64,000 bases of DNA from NCBI GenBank assembly GCA_018058425.1, contig JAGOZX010000003.1, positions 7,303 through 71,302 on the forward strand. The letters are read 5' to 3'. Made by a program: the position numbers and the translations under genes. Under the pieces are notes generated by a model. It had not been told where the DNA came from, did not search any database, and was given only the letters and a program-made list of their open reading frames with translations. This DNA is from Sebaldella sp. (lineage in GTDB: Bacteria; Fusobacteriota; Fusobacteriia; Fusobacteriales; Leptotrichiaceae). Positions 21,090-30,600 of this stretch are shown here, piece after piece; the first letter of the stretch is position 1, and each line of letters begins with the position of its first letter.

Positions 21090-22304
21090 ATGGACATAAA
21101 AAATGAAGTGGAAAGACAGTTTAATATACTAAAAAGAGGTTGCGAAGAAATAATAAATGATTATGAATTCAAAAAAAAGCTAGAAAAATCAATATCTGAA
21201 AATAAACCATTGAAAATAAAATTAGGTATAGATCCGACAGGTACAGACTTGCACATAGGGCATGCAGTACCTCTTAGAAAACTAAAACAGTTTCAAGAGT
21301 TAGGTCATACAGTACAGTTTCTAATTGGTACATTTACAGCTAGAATTGGTGACCCTACAGGGAAATCGGAAACAAGAAAAATGTTAAGTGCAGAAGATAT
21401 ACAAAAGAATATAGAAACTTATTTGGAACAAGTAAAATTAATCTTGGACTTGGAAAAAACACAAGTAGTATATAATGGAGATTGGCTGGAAAAGTTATCT
21501 TTAGAGGAAGTTTTGGGATTATTATCGCAGTTTACAGTGGCACAAATGATTTCAAGAGAAGATTTTGCTAAAAGACTATCTGAAAATAAACCAGTTTCTA
21601 TAGTGGAATTTATGTACCCTATTTTACAAGGATATGATTCTGTGGCTATAGAGTGTGATGTAGAGCTTGGAGCAACAGAGCAAAAGTTTAACCTATTACG
21701 TGGAAGAGACTTACAAAAAAATGCTGGACAGGAACAGCAGATATGTATGTTAATGCCAATATTAGAAGGCTTAGATGGCGTGGAAAAAATGAGTAAGTCA
21801 TTAAATAATTATATTGGTATTACAGAAAGTCCAAATGATATGTTTGGGAAAATAATGTCTATTTCAGACGAATTAATGTTTAAATATTATGAGTCAATTA
21901 CAGAGGTTCCATTAGAGGAAATTTCTGAAATGAGAAAAGAAATAGAAAAAGGAAATTTACACCCAATGGAAGCAAAAAAACAATTAGGTGTGGAACTAGT
22001 AAAAATATATCATAGTGAAGAAGAAGGAAAAAAGGCCAAAGAATGGTTTGAAAATGTATTTAGTAAAAAAAATCTAGATGTAGATTTACCAGAAGTAGAA
22101 CTAGCTAAAGAAGAAATAGGAGTAATTGATTTACTTACAAAAGAATTAAACTTAGTGAGTTCAACAAGTGAAGCAAGAAGACTTATACAGCAAGGAGGCT
22201 TTAAAATCGATGATAGAGCAGTAACTGATGTGAATGAAAAAGTTACACCAAAATCGGGAATGATTATTAGAGCTGGAAAAAAGAAAATAGTAAAAGTTAT
22301 ATAA
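21090..22304 (+). CDS. tyrS: Tyrosine--tRNA ligase
   Basis: LGIDPT, HIGH, KMSKS, C-terminal S4 domain. Confidence 0.97.
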   Translation: MDIKNEVERQFNILKRGCEEIINDYEFKKKLEKSISENKPLKIKLGIDPTGTDLHIGHAVPLRKLKQFQELGHTVQFLIGTFTARIGDPTGKSETRKMLSAEDIQKNIETYLEQVKLILDLEKTQVVYNGDWLEKLSLEEVLGLLSQFTVAQMISREDFAKRLSENKPVSIVEFMYPILQGYDSVAIECDVELGATEQKFNLLRGRDLQKNAGQEQQICMLMPILEGLDGVEKMSKSLNNYIGITESPNDMFGKIMSISDELMFKYYESITEVPLEEISEMRKEIEKGNLHPMEAKKQLGVELVKIYHSEEEGKKAKEWFENVFSKKNLDVDLPEVELAKEEIGVIDLLTKELNLVSSTSEARRLIQQGGFKIDDRAVTDVNEKVTPKSGMIIRAGKKKIVKVI

Positions 22305-22328
22305 CATAAAAAATAAAGAGGTGAGTTT

Positions 22329-22751
22329 ATGAAGAAATTAAGTATTTTATTTTTATTAATTTTTTTAGCAGGACAATTATTAGCAGATATTCGTACAAAT
22401 GGAGATTCATTAGATTTCTCTCTTGATTCATTAGAAGTTTCAGAAGCTTCTTCTTATGTATTATTTAGTAGTTTTGTATTATCGGCATCTTCTGATGAAT
22501 ATGATAATGACGATTATGCAGCAGTAAAGAATAGATATGAGTATTTTGACCAATTAATGGCCAAAGGAGATGTTAAAGCTAAGGATATATTCTCACAAGA
22601 AGGTTTAGACACTTATGCTTTAGGAGAAAATGATGAAATTCAACTAGATAAATTAAATGTGGGAATATTAGTATCAAGTATAGAAAAACCATTGATAGTG
22701 GTACCATCTGATGTTAAATATGCTGGACTAAATGGAAGAAGTGTAAGATAA
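22329..22751 (+). CDS. Small secreted hypothetical protein, partner of the DUF2145-like gene
   Basis: Signal peptide; Ser-rich N-terminal part; 2 nt before the next gene. Confidence 0.8.
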   Translation: MKKLSILFLLIFLAGQLLADIRTNGDSLDFSLDSLEVSEASSYVLFSSFVLSASSDEYDNDDYAAVKNRYEYFDQLMAKGDVKAKDIFSQEGLDTYALGENDEIQLDKLNVGILVSSIEKPLIVVPSDVKYAGLNGRSVR

Positions 22752-22753
22752 CT

Positions 22754-23530
22754 ATGAAGAAGATTATGTTCTTATTTTTATTTTTAATAAGTATAGTTCC
22801 CTTATATTCAGCTGGTTCTGCATGTAAAACGAAACCTAAATCTAAAGAAGAAGCCACAAAAGTTTTTAATCTTACTGGTATGGTAATAGACTTTTTAGAA
22901 AGTAATGATGCTGAATTTGCCTTTGTGGCAAGAAAAAATAAAGAAAATCATGGAGTATCATATACTCATTTAGGAATGGCATGGAAAGATGAGAAGGGAA
23001 GATGGGTAGTTACAAATCTTCTGCAAAGTTGTGAAGATAATGAAAAATTATCTACTTTTGATGATGGGATGGCTTTGTTTTTCGCACCTGTACCTATATA
23101 TGACAGCTTAGTTTTGATTCCTTCTAAAGAAACGCAAAAAAGTATGAAGGAAGTCATAAGAAGTGGAGAAATAGAAATATTTAAAGGAAGTGTGTATTCT
23201 ATAAATGCAAATGTTTGGTCTGATAAGTATCAAAATTGTGTTCAATATGTTTTGGAATCATATGTTTATGTCAAATCTGATAAAAAAGTAAAAACTAGAA
23301 GAGATGCCATAAACTGGTATATGGTAAGAGGATTTAAACCACAGAAAATAAAGGTAAATGCTCTTGAAAGAGGAATTGGACCAATGGTAGCAAAAAATGT
23401 TCACTTTGATGACCATAAGGATAGAAAAAATAAAAATGAGATAGAAGTTGCAACAGCTGAAACAGTCATGAATTTTGTTCAAAAATTAGAAACTGAAAGT
23501 ACAATTTATGAGATAAAATTAGAAGAATAA
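22754..23530 (+). CDS. Secreted DUF2145-like protein, permuted papain/NlpC-P60-like
   Basis: Signal peptide; YTHLGMAW...LLQSC...DGMALFF...YSINANVWSDKYQNCVQYVLE...HFDDH matches my recollection of DUF2145; His precedes Cys. Confidence 0.7.
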   Translation: MKKIMFLFLFLISIVPLYSAGSACKTKPKSKEEATKVFNLTGMVIDFLESNDAEFAFVARKNKENHGVSYTHLGMAWKDEKGRWVVTNLLQSCEDNEKLSTFDDGMALFFAPVPIYDSLVLIPSKETQKSMKEVIRSGEIEIFKGSVYSINANVWSDKYQNCVQYVLESYVYVKSDKKVKTRRDAINWYMVRGFKPQKIKVNALERGIGPMVAKNVHFDDHKDRKNKNEIEVATAETVMNFVQKLETESTIYEIKLEE

Positions 23531-23556
23531 AAAGACTTTAAAATAAAAAAGTAATT

Positions 23557-23591
23557 AAAAACAGACGGCTAAAATACAGCTGTCTGTTTTT
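23557..23591. terminator. Bidirectional intrinsic terminator
   Basis: AAAAACAGACGGCT...AGCTGTCTGTTTTT. Confidence 0.8.
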
Positions 23592-23625
23592 GGTATTATT
23601 TATCAATTTTTGTGGTAATCAATTA

Positions 23626-24066
23626 TTATTGTTTTAAAAATGCTCCAAGCATCCAAAGTTTAGTTTCATATCCTATTATTAATTCATCCATCATAGCAGA
23701 AGTACCAAAATCTTCTTCTTTGTCAGCTTCTCTTTTAATATCTTTTAGTTCACCTAATATAGTTTCAAAATCAGCTTTTAAGTTTTTTACTATGTCTAAG
23801 TCAATAATATCTTCATCTTTAGCTTCTTTAATATTAGTGATTTCTAAGTATTTTTTCATAGTTGCATACGGTCTAGCTTTTATTGATAATATTCTTTCAG
23901 CTATTTCGTCAATTTGCTCATTGATTTCATTATAGTACTCTTCTAACTTAGCATGGATAGTAAAAAAATTTCTTCCATCTACATTCCAGTGATAATTTTG
24001 TACTTTTCTATATAACACGTTTAAATCTGCTAAAAGCACATTCATTTTTTCATTTACTTTACTCAT
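23626..24066 (-). CDS. dps: Dps/ferritin-like DNA starvation protection protein
   Basis: YHWNVDG, FFTIHAKLEE, DEIAERI; GGAGG RBS before ATG 24066. Confidence 0.95.
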   Translation of the reverse strand: MSKVNEKMNVLLADLNVLYRKVQNYHWNVDGRNFFTIHAKLEEYYNEINEQIDEIAERILSIKARPYATMKKYLEITNIKEAKDEDIIDLDIVKNLKADFETILGELKDIKREADKEEDFGTSAMMDELIIGYETKLWMLGAFLKQ

Positions 24067-24083
24067 AATATATACCTCCATAA

Positions 24084-24102
24084 ATTTGTAATCATTTCAA
24101 AT
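24084..24102. promoter_or_regulatory. Fur/PerR-like box upstream of dps
   Basis: ATTTGTAAT-C-ATTTCAAAT (9-1-9, one mismatch), downstream of minus-strand TTGACA(24142)-17-TATTAT. Confidence 0.5.
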
Positions 24103-24138
24103 AAGTTATTATTATAATACAACTTTTTAGAATTATTG

Positions 24139-24981
24139 TCAAGCAGTTTTTTTTATAAACCAGCTTATAAACTTTGTAAACATCAGTATAATTATTAAGG
24201 ATAAAATTATAGATGGTCCAGATGGAACATTTAAAGTATAAGAAAAATATAAGCCGAAAATTATTCCCAAAAAGGAAAATATAATTGAAAGAAAAATAAT
24301 TAAGTAGTATTTTTTTACTAGTAATGAAGCTGTAGCTTGTGGAATAGTTAGTATAGAAATAATTAAGATGATACCAATAGTCTTTATATTTATAATAATA
24401 GCAGAAGAAATCAAAATAATCAACAGATAGTTTATAAAGTTTACAGGAACACCATAAATATTATAAAAATTTTCGTCAAAACTCGTATAAATAATAGCTT
24501 TATAAAAAATAATAAAAATAATTATAGTAATTAAATCTAAAACTAATAATAAAATTATATTTATTTCATTGGATAACAAGATGTTCCCAAATAAATAAGT
24601 GGATAAGTCGGATTGATATCCAGGAGTCATAAATGAAAAAATTATTCCTACAGCCATACCAAATGTCATTATAACACCAATGCTTAAGTCATCTTTTAGG
24701 TTAAATCTATTTTTCAGTGTTAAGATTAATACACCTGAAAGTATAGAAAAAATAAGTGCGAAAAATATCGGATCTTTAAATGTTAAATTAAAAATAGAAA
24801 TCAGGTATAGACCGATTCCAACTCCTCCATATGAAGCGTGACTTATACTAGATGAAATAAAAACCATTTTTTTATTAACGATGTAAGTCCCAATTATTCC
24901 ACAGCAGATACTGGATAAAATACCAACAATAAGTGCATTTTGCATAAAGGGGTATTTTGTTATTGCATTTATAAAATCCAT
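24139..24981 (-). CDS. znuB: Zn/Mn ABC transporter permease
   Basis: ISHASYGG, YLFGNIL, SFDE, PSGPSI; multiple TM helices. Confidence 0.88.
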   Translation of the reverse strand: MDFINAITKYPFMQNALIVGILSSICCGIIGTYIVNKKMVFISSSISHASYGGVGIGLYLISIFNLTFKDPIFFALIFSILSGVLILTLKNRFNLKDDLSIGVIMTFGMAVGIIFSFMTPGYQSDLSTYLFGNILLSNEINIILLLVLDLITIIIFIIFYKAIIYTSFDENFYNIYGVPVNFINYLLIILISSAIIINIKTIGIILIISILTIPQATASLLVKKYYLIIFLSIIFSFLGIIFGLYFSYTLNVPSGPSIILSLIIILMFTKFISWFIKKTA

Positions 24982-24985
24982 TTTT

Positions 24986-25648
24986 TCAACCTTTCATAAA
25001 TTCATTTTTATTTTTGTAAAATTTAGTTTCTTTTTCTACTACTAATATAGAGTCTACATATTTAGAAATTTCTTCTAATTCATGTGAAATAATAATAACA
25101 GTAGAATCTTTTAAAGAGCTAAGTTTATCATATAATTTCGATTCGAAATTCTTATCTAAAAATGACTCAGGCTCGTCTAAAATAATTAACTCTGGATTTG
25201 AAATAAGTGCTCTTGCTATAAGTGCTCTTTGCAGCTGACCACCAGAAACTTCATTAATTAATTTATCTTTTAAGGCTAATATCTCAAATTCTTCCATGAT
25301 GTCAAGAGTAAGTTTTTTTTCAGATAAATTAAATTTTCTATATAAATTTTTTCTATTAGTCAGTCCAGAAATAATAAGATCAAATATAGAAATTGGAAAT
25401 GAAGTATCAAACTCTCTGATTTGAGGAAGATATCCAATTTTATTTTTACTTATGTGATATTCAATTGTTCCTGAACTAGGTTTTAAAAATCCTAGAATAA
25501 GTTTTATAAGGGTAGATTTTCCTCCGCCATTTCTTCCTAAAATTCCAATGTTTTCACCTTTTGTTATAGAAAATGATGAGTTATATAATATAGTATTTCT
25601 TTCATAGTTAAAGTTTAAATTTTTTACTTCAATTAGATATTTTTCCAT
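24986..25648 (-). CDS. znuC: Zn/Mn ABC transporter ATPase
   Basis: GRNGGGKST, VSGGQLQR, LDEP, ISHE. Confidence 0.88.
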   Translation of the reverse strand: MEKYLIEVKNLNFNYERNTILYNSSFSITKGENIGILGRNGGGKSTLIKLILGFLKPSSGTIEYHISKNKIGYLPQIREFDTSFPISIFDLIISGLTNRKNLYRKFNLSEKKLTLDIMEEFEILALKDKLINEVSGGQLQRALIARALISNPELIILDEPESFLDKNFESKLYDKLSSLKDSTVIIISHELEEISKYVDSILVVEKETKFYKNKNEFMKG

Positions 25649-25650
25649 AA

Positions 25651-26520
25651 TCACTCCAATGAATCTATAAATTTATTTAGATTTTCAAAAATGTTTTCGT
25701 CAAGCGGATTAAATTCTACAATTTTCACATTTGAAACTTCTTTAGATATTGTTTCAGTGGAAGTTTTTGGAAACTGAGGCTGAACTAGTAAGATTTTTAT
25801 ATTATTTTTTCTTATTTCATTAATTACAGTTGTTAAATATTGTGCAGTAGGCTCTTTTCCATCTTGTTCTATGGAAATTTGTTTTAAACCATAATCTTTA
25901 GCAAAATAAGTTAGTGCTGGATGATAGATTATAAAAGTTTTATCTTTTTTAAGTGCTATTTTTTCACTTGATTTAGCCTTAAATTCTTCTATTTCAGCTA
26001 GAAAATTCAGATAATTTTTTTCAAAAATATCCTTTTTTTCAGGATACTTTTCTGAGAGAATAGCTTTTATATTTTCAGCAATATGACTAATATTGTTAAC
26101 AGAAAACCAAACATGTGGGTCATACTCTCCATGATCATGGTCAGACGCATCGTGTTCTTCGTCGCTCTCTTCAATTAAAGTGATATTTTTATTATCTAGG
26201 ACATTAAAGATTTTGCTTTTATTACTCACAGCATCTTCTAATTTATGTTCAAAATTAAATAAATCAAAAGAAAGATAAATATCAGAGTTTTCTAAATCCT
26301 CTATTGTTTTAATAGTAGGATCAAATAATTCTGGGCTGATATTAGAAGCAACAACAGAATTTACTGTGAACTCACTCCCAGTTATTTTTTCAGTAATCCA
26401 TTTTAATGGTGGAATACTAACAGAAATTACAGAGTTTTTATTTTCAGAATTTATACTCTCCTTTTTTGCACAAGAAAATATTGTGAAAATAAGGAGAAAT
26501 AGAATAGATAATTTTTTCAT
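25651..26520 (-). CDS. znuA: Zn-binding lipoprotein (cluster 9 SBP)
   Basis: Lipobox IFSC; His/acidic loop EEHDASDHDHGE; DPHVW, IYHPA. Confidence 0.9.
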   Translation of the reverse strand: MKKLSILFLLIFTIFSCAKKESINSENKNSVISVSIPPLKWITEKITGSEFTVNSVVASNISPELFDPTIKTIEDLENSDIYLSFDLFNFEHKLEDAVSNKSKIFNVLDNKNITLIEESDEEHDASDHDHGEYDPHVWFSVNNISHIAENIKAILSEKYPEKKDIFEKNYLNFLAEIEEFKAKSSEKIALKKDKTFIIYHPALTYFAKDYGLKQISIEQDGKEPTAQYLTTVINEIRKNNIKILLVQPQFPKTSTETISKEVSNVKIVEFNPLDENIFENLNKFIDSLE

Positions 26521-26535
26521 ATTTGTACCTCCTAG

Positions 26536-26892
26536 TTATAAGTTACATTTTTTACATAATCCTTTAAATAGAAAAACATGCGATAAAGCTAAAAAGCCAA
26601 GTTTTTGTTTTAATATATTTTCTTCATCTGTTATTAAGGGCATTGGAAATATTTCGATTTTTTTACATGAGTTACAGATAATAAAGTTTCCATCTTTTTC
26701 TTTAAAATAATATTTTTCATTATCAAAAGTAACTGAATGAATGAATTCTCTATTTTCTAAAAAGTCCACAGCACGATATATAGTAGAAATATCTGAAGAA
26801 ACTATTTCCTTAATTTGTTTTACTGTTACTGGTTCTTTTGAATTGGAAATAATATTTAATATTTCTTCTCGATTTTTGGTTAAGTATTTCAT
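26536..26892 (-). CDS. zur: Fur family regulator, probably Zur
   Basis: STIYRAV helix; CNSC and CKKC motifs; first gene of znu operon. Confidence 0.8.
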   Translation of the reverse strand: MKYLTKNREEILNIISNSKEPVTVKQIKEIVSSDISTIYRAVDFLENREFIHSVTFDNEKYYFKEKDGNFIICNSCKKIEIFPMPLITDEENILKQKLGFLALSHVFLFKGLCKKCNL

Positions 26893-26912
26893 AGATGCCT
26901 CCTTTTAAAAAA

Positions 26913-26962
26913 ATGCAAATGGTTCGCATGAATATTATATGATTTTTTATGTAATTTGTCAA
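26913..26962 (-). promoter_or_regulatory. Consensus sigma70 promoter of zur-znu with overlapping palindrome
   Basis: Minus strand TTGACA(26962-26957)-17-TATAAT(26939-26934); ATGCAAA-TGG-TTCGCAT at 26913-26929. Confidence 0.75.
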
Positions 26963-27346
26963 ATAAGACATTTGGAATGATAAAATTTTAGGATATTAAT
27001 AAAATTATTGACTGAGTATGGTGAAAGTAATAAAATCATAATATTGAGTATTATCAGCATATAATTGTCCAACATATTTGTATGTTAAAATATACTTTGA
27101 ATTATATTAGAAGTAACAAATGAGACACTAATAGAAATGTAAGCGAAAACTTATAAAGTAGGAGTAATGTATATATTATAGAAGAAAAGAAGTAAGAGAA
27201 ATTAAAAATATAATTAAAAATATAATTTTTAGAAGGTTATATTTTAAAATAAAGAGAGTTGGTTTTTATGTGAAGAGATAATTTAGTGGATTTATTAATG
27301 CGTATAAAGTACCATGTTTATTTATATTAAGTATATTTTAAAATTG

Positions 27347-27375
27347 TTGACATATATGAGGATAAAATGTATAAT
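27347..27375 (+). promoter_or_regulatory. Consensus sigma70 promoter for the giant autotransporter
   Basis: TTGACA-17-TATAAT. Confidence 0.75.
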
Positions 27376-27489
27376 CTAATACAAATATTTTTTAAGCAAA
27401 AAAGATGAAGTAATTAACCAAAGGGGAAGTTTAAGAAATAAACATAAAAAAATAATTTCATAATATAAAGAAGTTACATATGAAATCAA

Positions 27490-27545
27490 AAGGAGAAAGA
27501 TGGGGAAATAGAAAACTACTAGTGTTTTAGCTTAATAATAGCTAT
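27490..27545 (+). pseudogene. Decayed copy of an autotransporter 5' end
   Basis: AAGGAGAAAG-ATGGGGAAATAGAAAACTACTAGTGTTTTAGC resembles GAGGAGAAAA-ATGAAAAAAAATAAGAAATTGCTGATGTTTTTAGC at 27680-27725. Confidence 0.45.
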
Positions 27546-27689
27546 TGTAAACATTATTAAATGACATAATCAAATACAGTTATTTTTTTAATAAGAAAGT
27601 TAAGTAATTAATCATGATAGAAATAAAAAATAAAATAAAACATATAGTTTTGTAGATTAAAAAAATTATGTGTAAATAAGAGGAGAAAA

Positions 27690-30600
27690 ATGAAAAAAAA
27701 TAAGAAATTGCTGATGTTTTTAGCACTAAACTCATTAGCAACATCTTTTGCAAGTACAACGAGTCAGCCAGAAGCAAAATATGATAAATTGTATAATAAT
27801 ATGGTTAAGAATATAGAAACAGGAAAGTCAAATGAAGGTAACTATAAATTAATACAAGATGTATTAAATAAAAGAAATCAAGAGTTAAAAGATTTGTATT
27901 TACAAGGGGATTACATTGTGAAGCCTGAGTATCTTGAATGGCAAGTATTTTTTAGTGGGTTTTATGGTGAAAATCATAGAGGAGATAATACATTAGAAAA
28001 TGCAAAATACTATTCTATGCCAAAAACAGCAGATGGAGATAATAAAATAGATTCAGCAACATATAATGCAATAATGAACAGTGGAGTGAGTGAAGCAACA
28101 CTTCAAGCTGTATTAAGTGGTAACAAGGATGCATACAATAACTTAACAAGTGAGCAGAAAATAGCAGTAGCTCCTTTATTTGGAGGCCGAGAAACAGATG
28201 GGAAATTTAAACCATATAGGGCAAAAGACGAAGCTAAAGTAGTAGATTTAGGAATGAGCATAAATATAAAAGGACTGGATAAAGTAATTGGAGATATAGT
28301 AACATCAAATATAAATGTACCAATAATAAATACAGCTTCAGTAAACTTTTCAGATCCAGACTCATTGGAGATAAATCCAATAGAAATAGTAGGCTTTAAT
28401 CCAAGTACACCAAATATAACAACAATAAATTTTAAACCAATACCAGTATTAAGTTTAAATGGTACAGGTGGAGGAAATGGCGGAACAACTGGATTTTTCC
28501 CTTATGGAGATAATAGTGGTCCTAACTCGATAATATCGCAAATGGATTTAACGAGTGGAAATATAACAGTAAAAACAGCTGTAAATCCTAATTATTATAA
28601 CCAGACAGATCCTGGTTTCTACAGTTACACACTAGATAATGTGATAGGAAATCCAGCTGCAGGTTTAACATATAGTCAAATATCAATATATGATCCCCTT
28701 ACATCCACATATACATACGAAACAGCATATTTACCAACAGGAGTATATAGTGACTCAATATCAAATAATCTACAAAGTGTTAGTGCAGTACAAGGTGTAT
28801 TAAAAGTAATAGATAATCCAATAACAAGACTTGGAGTAGCAGGAGGAAATGTAAATGATCTTACAATAACATTAGAAGGAGATGTACCAAATGCGTCATA
28901 TTTAGAACAAATTCTTCATTATGATGAGCATTATAACGGTACACACTATACATTAGATGGATTGGAAACACAAGGATGGATTACAGCAGCAGAAAAAGCA
29001 GAGCTTGGAGCTAAATTCTTAGATACTACTTTAGGGCATACCACAGCAAACAGAGATTTTCAATATGTAGAAAGTAATGGTACATGGAATTTAAAAGGAT
29101 CAAATGTGGTTGCAGTTAACTTACAGGCACATAGTGGTGGTCAAGAAGCAAATAGTATATTTACAAACAGAGGAAATATAACAGGTCTGAATGAAGCAAG
29201 CAGTACAAATAATTTAATAGGTAAACAAGTAGCTTTTATGTTCACAGAAGGTGGGTCAACAGCTAAGCAAGAAGGCTTTGATAATACAGGAAAAATAGAG
29301 ATGAGAGCACCACAAAGTGTAATTTATCTCATGACAAATAATGCTTTTTCATATAATGTTTCTAAGAGCACTTATGCCTACTATGGAAGTTCAAGCGTAT
29401 ATGAAACTGCTGCTACAGGAAAACATTTCCTTATGAATAGTGGAGATATAAAACTTTATGGAAATAATAATATAGGAGTGTATACGAATAATGCACCTCA
29501 TACTATTACAAGTGAAAGTAATTATTACAATGATATTGATAATTGGAATGAAAATATGAGTGATGGAAATGATTTAAGAAGAAGTGAAATAAGATTCTAT
29601 AATCCTCTAACAGTGTTAGGAGATGAGAGTATAGGTGTAGATATAGAAAGAACACTTAACTTTGCTGATTCTAAAATAAAAGTAGATGTAGGTACAGAAG
29701 ATCCAAGACAGGCAGAGGTAAGTGCAATTGGCGTTGGAGGATTAGAAAATAGTGGAAATGTAATTGGTGGGGACAGCAGATATACTGATAGTTCAGCAGG
29801 AATATATATTAATATGACTGGAAATACAGAAACTATAAGTAAGTATATATATAATGCCTTAGATCCATCACAAAATATAAGTACGAGCACAAGTGGAATA
29901 AACAATGATCAATTCACCCTAAATGATTATTTACTAAATGTAGGATCATATTCAAGAGGTGGAGCAGGATTAAGAGTAGAGGAATACGGAGATGTGGTAT
30001 TAGGAACATCAACAGATGCTGCAACTACTCATGAAATAAACTTACTTGCTGGTGGAGAAAACAATGCAGGTATATATATTTCAGGTGCTAATACTCAAGT
30101 AACAACTGATGGATTAGTAATGAATATTGATGGTAAAGATCAAGTAGGAACACAAATAGAAAATACTGGTAAATTTTATCATAATAACGGAACAATAACA
30201 GTAAATGGATTAGGAAATACAGGGATAGCTGTGAAATCCACAGGATTAGGGGAAATAAATGGAACAGCAGCATTAAATGTTAGTGCAAATAATCTTGGAG
30301 TCTACAATAACGGAACATTAAATATGACTGGTGGAGCAATAACAGCAAATGGATTAGCTTCAGTAGGAGCATACAGTGAAGCTTCTAATATAACAACTAA
30401 CCTTTCAGGTGGAACAGTTAGAGCAGAAAATGGAGGAATAGGACTTTATTCAGGAAAGAATTCGGTTATGAATTTAAATCAAGGATTAAACTTAGAATCA
30501 GGAGGTAAAGGTTTACTCTTCTATAACTACGACAATACAGGAGCCTTAGGTCAATATAATATAACAGGAACAGTAGGGGCTAAAGTAGAAAATGGAGGGA

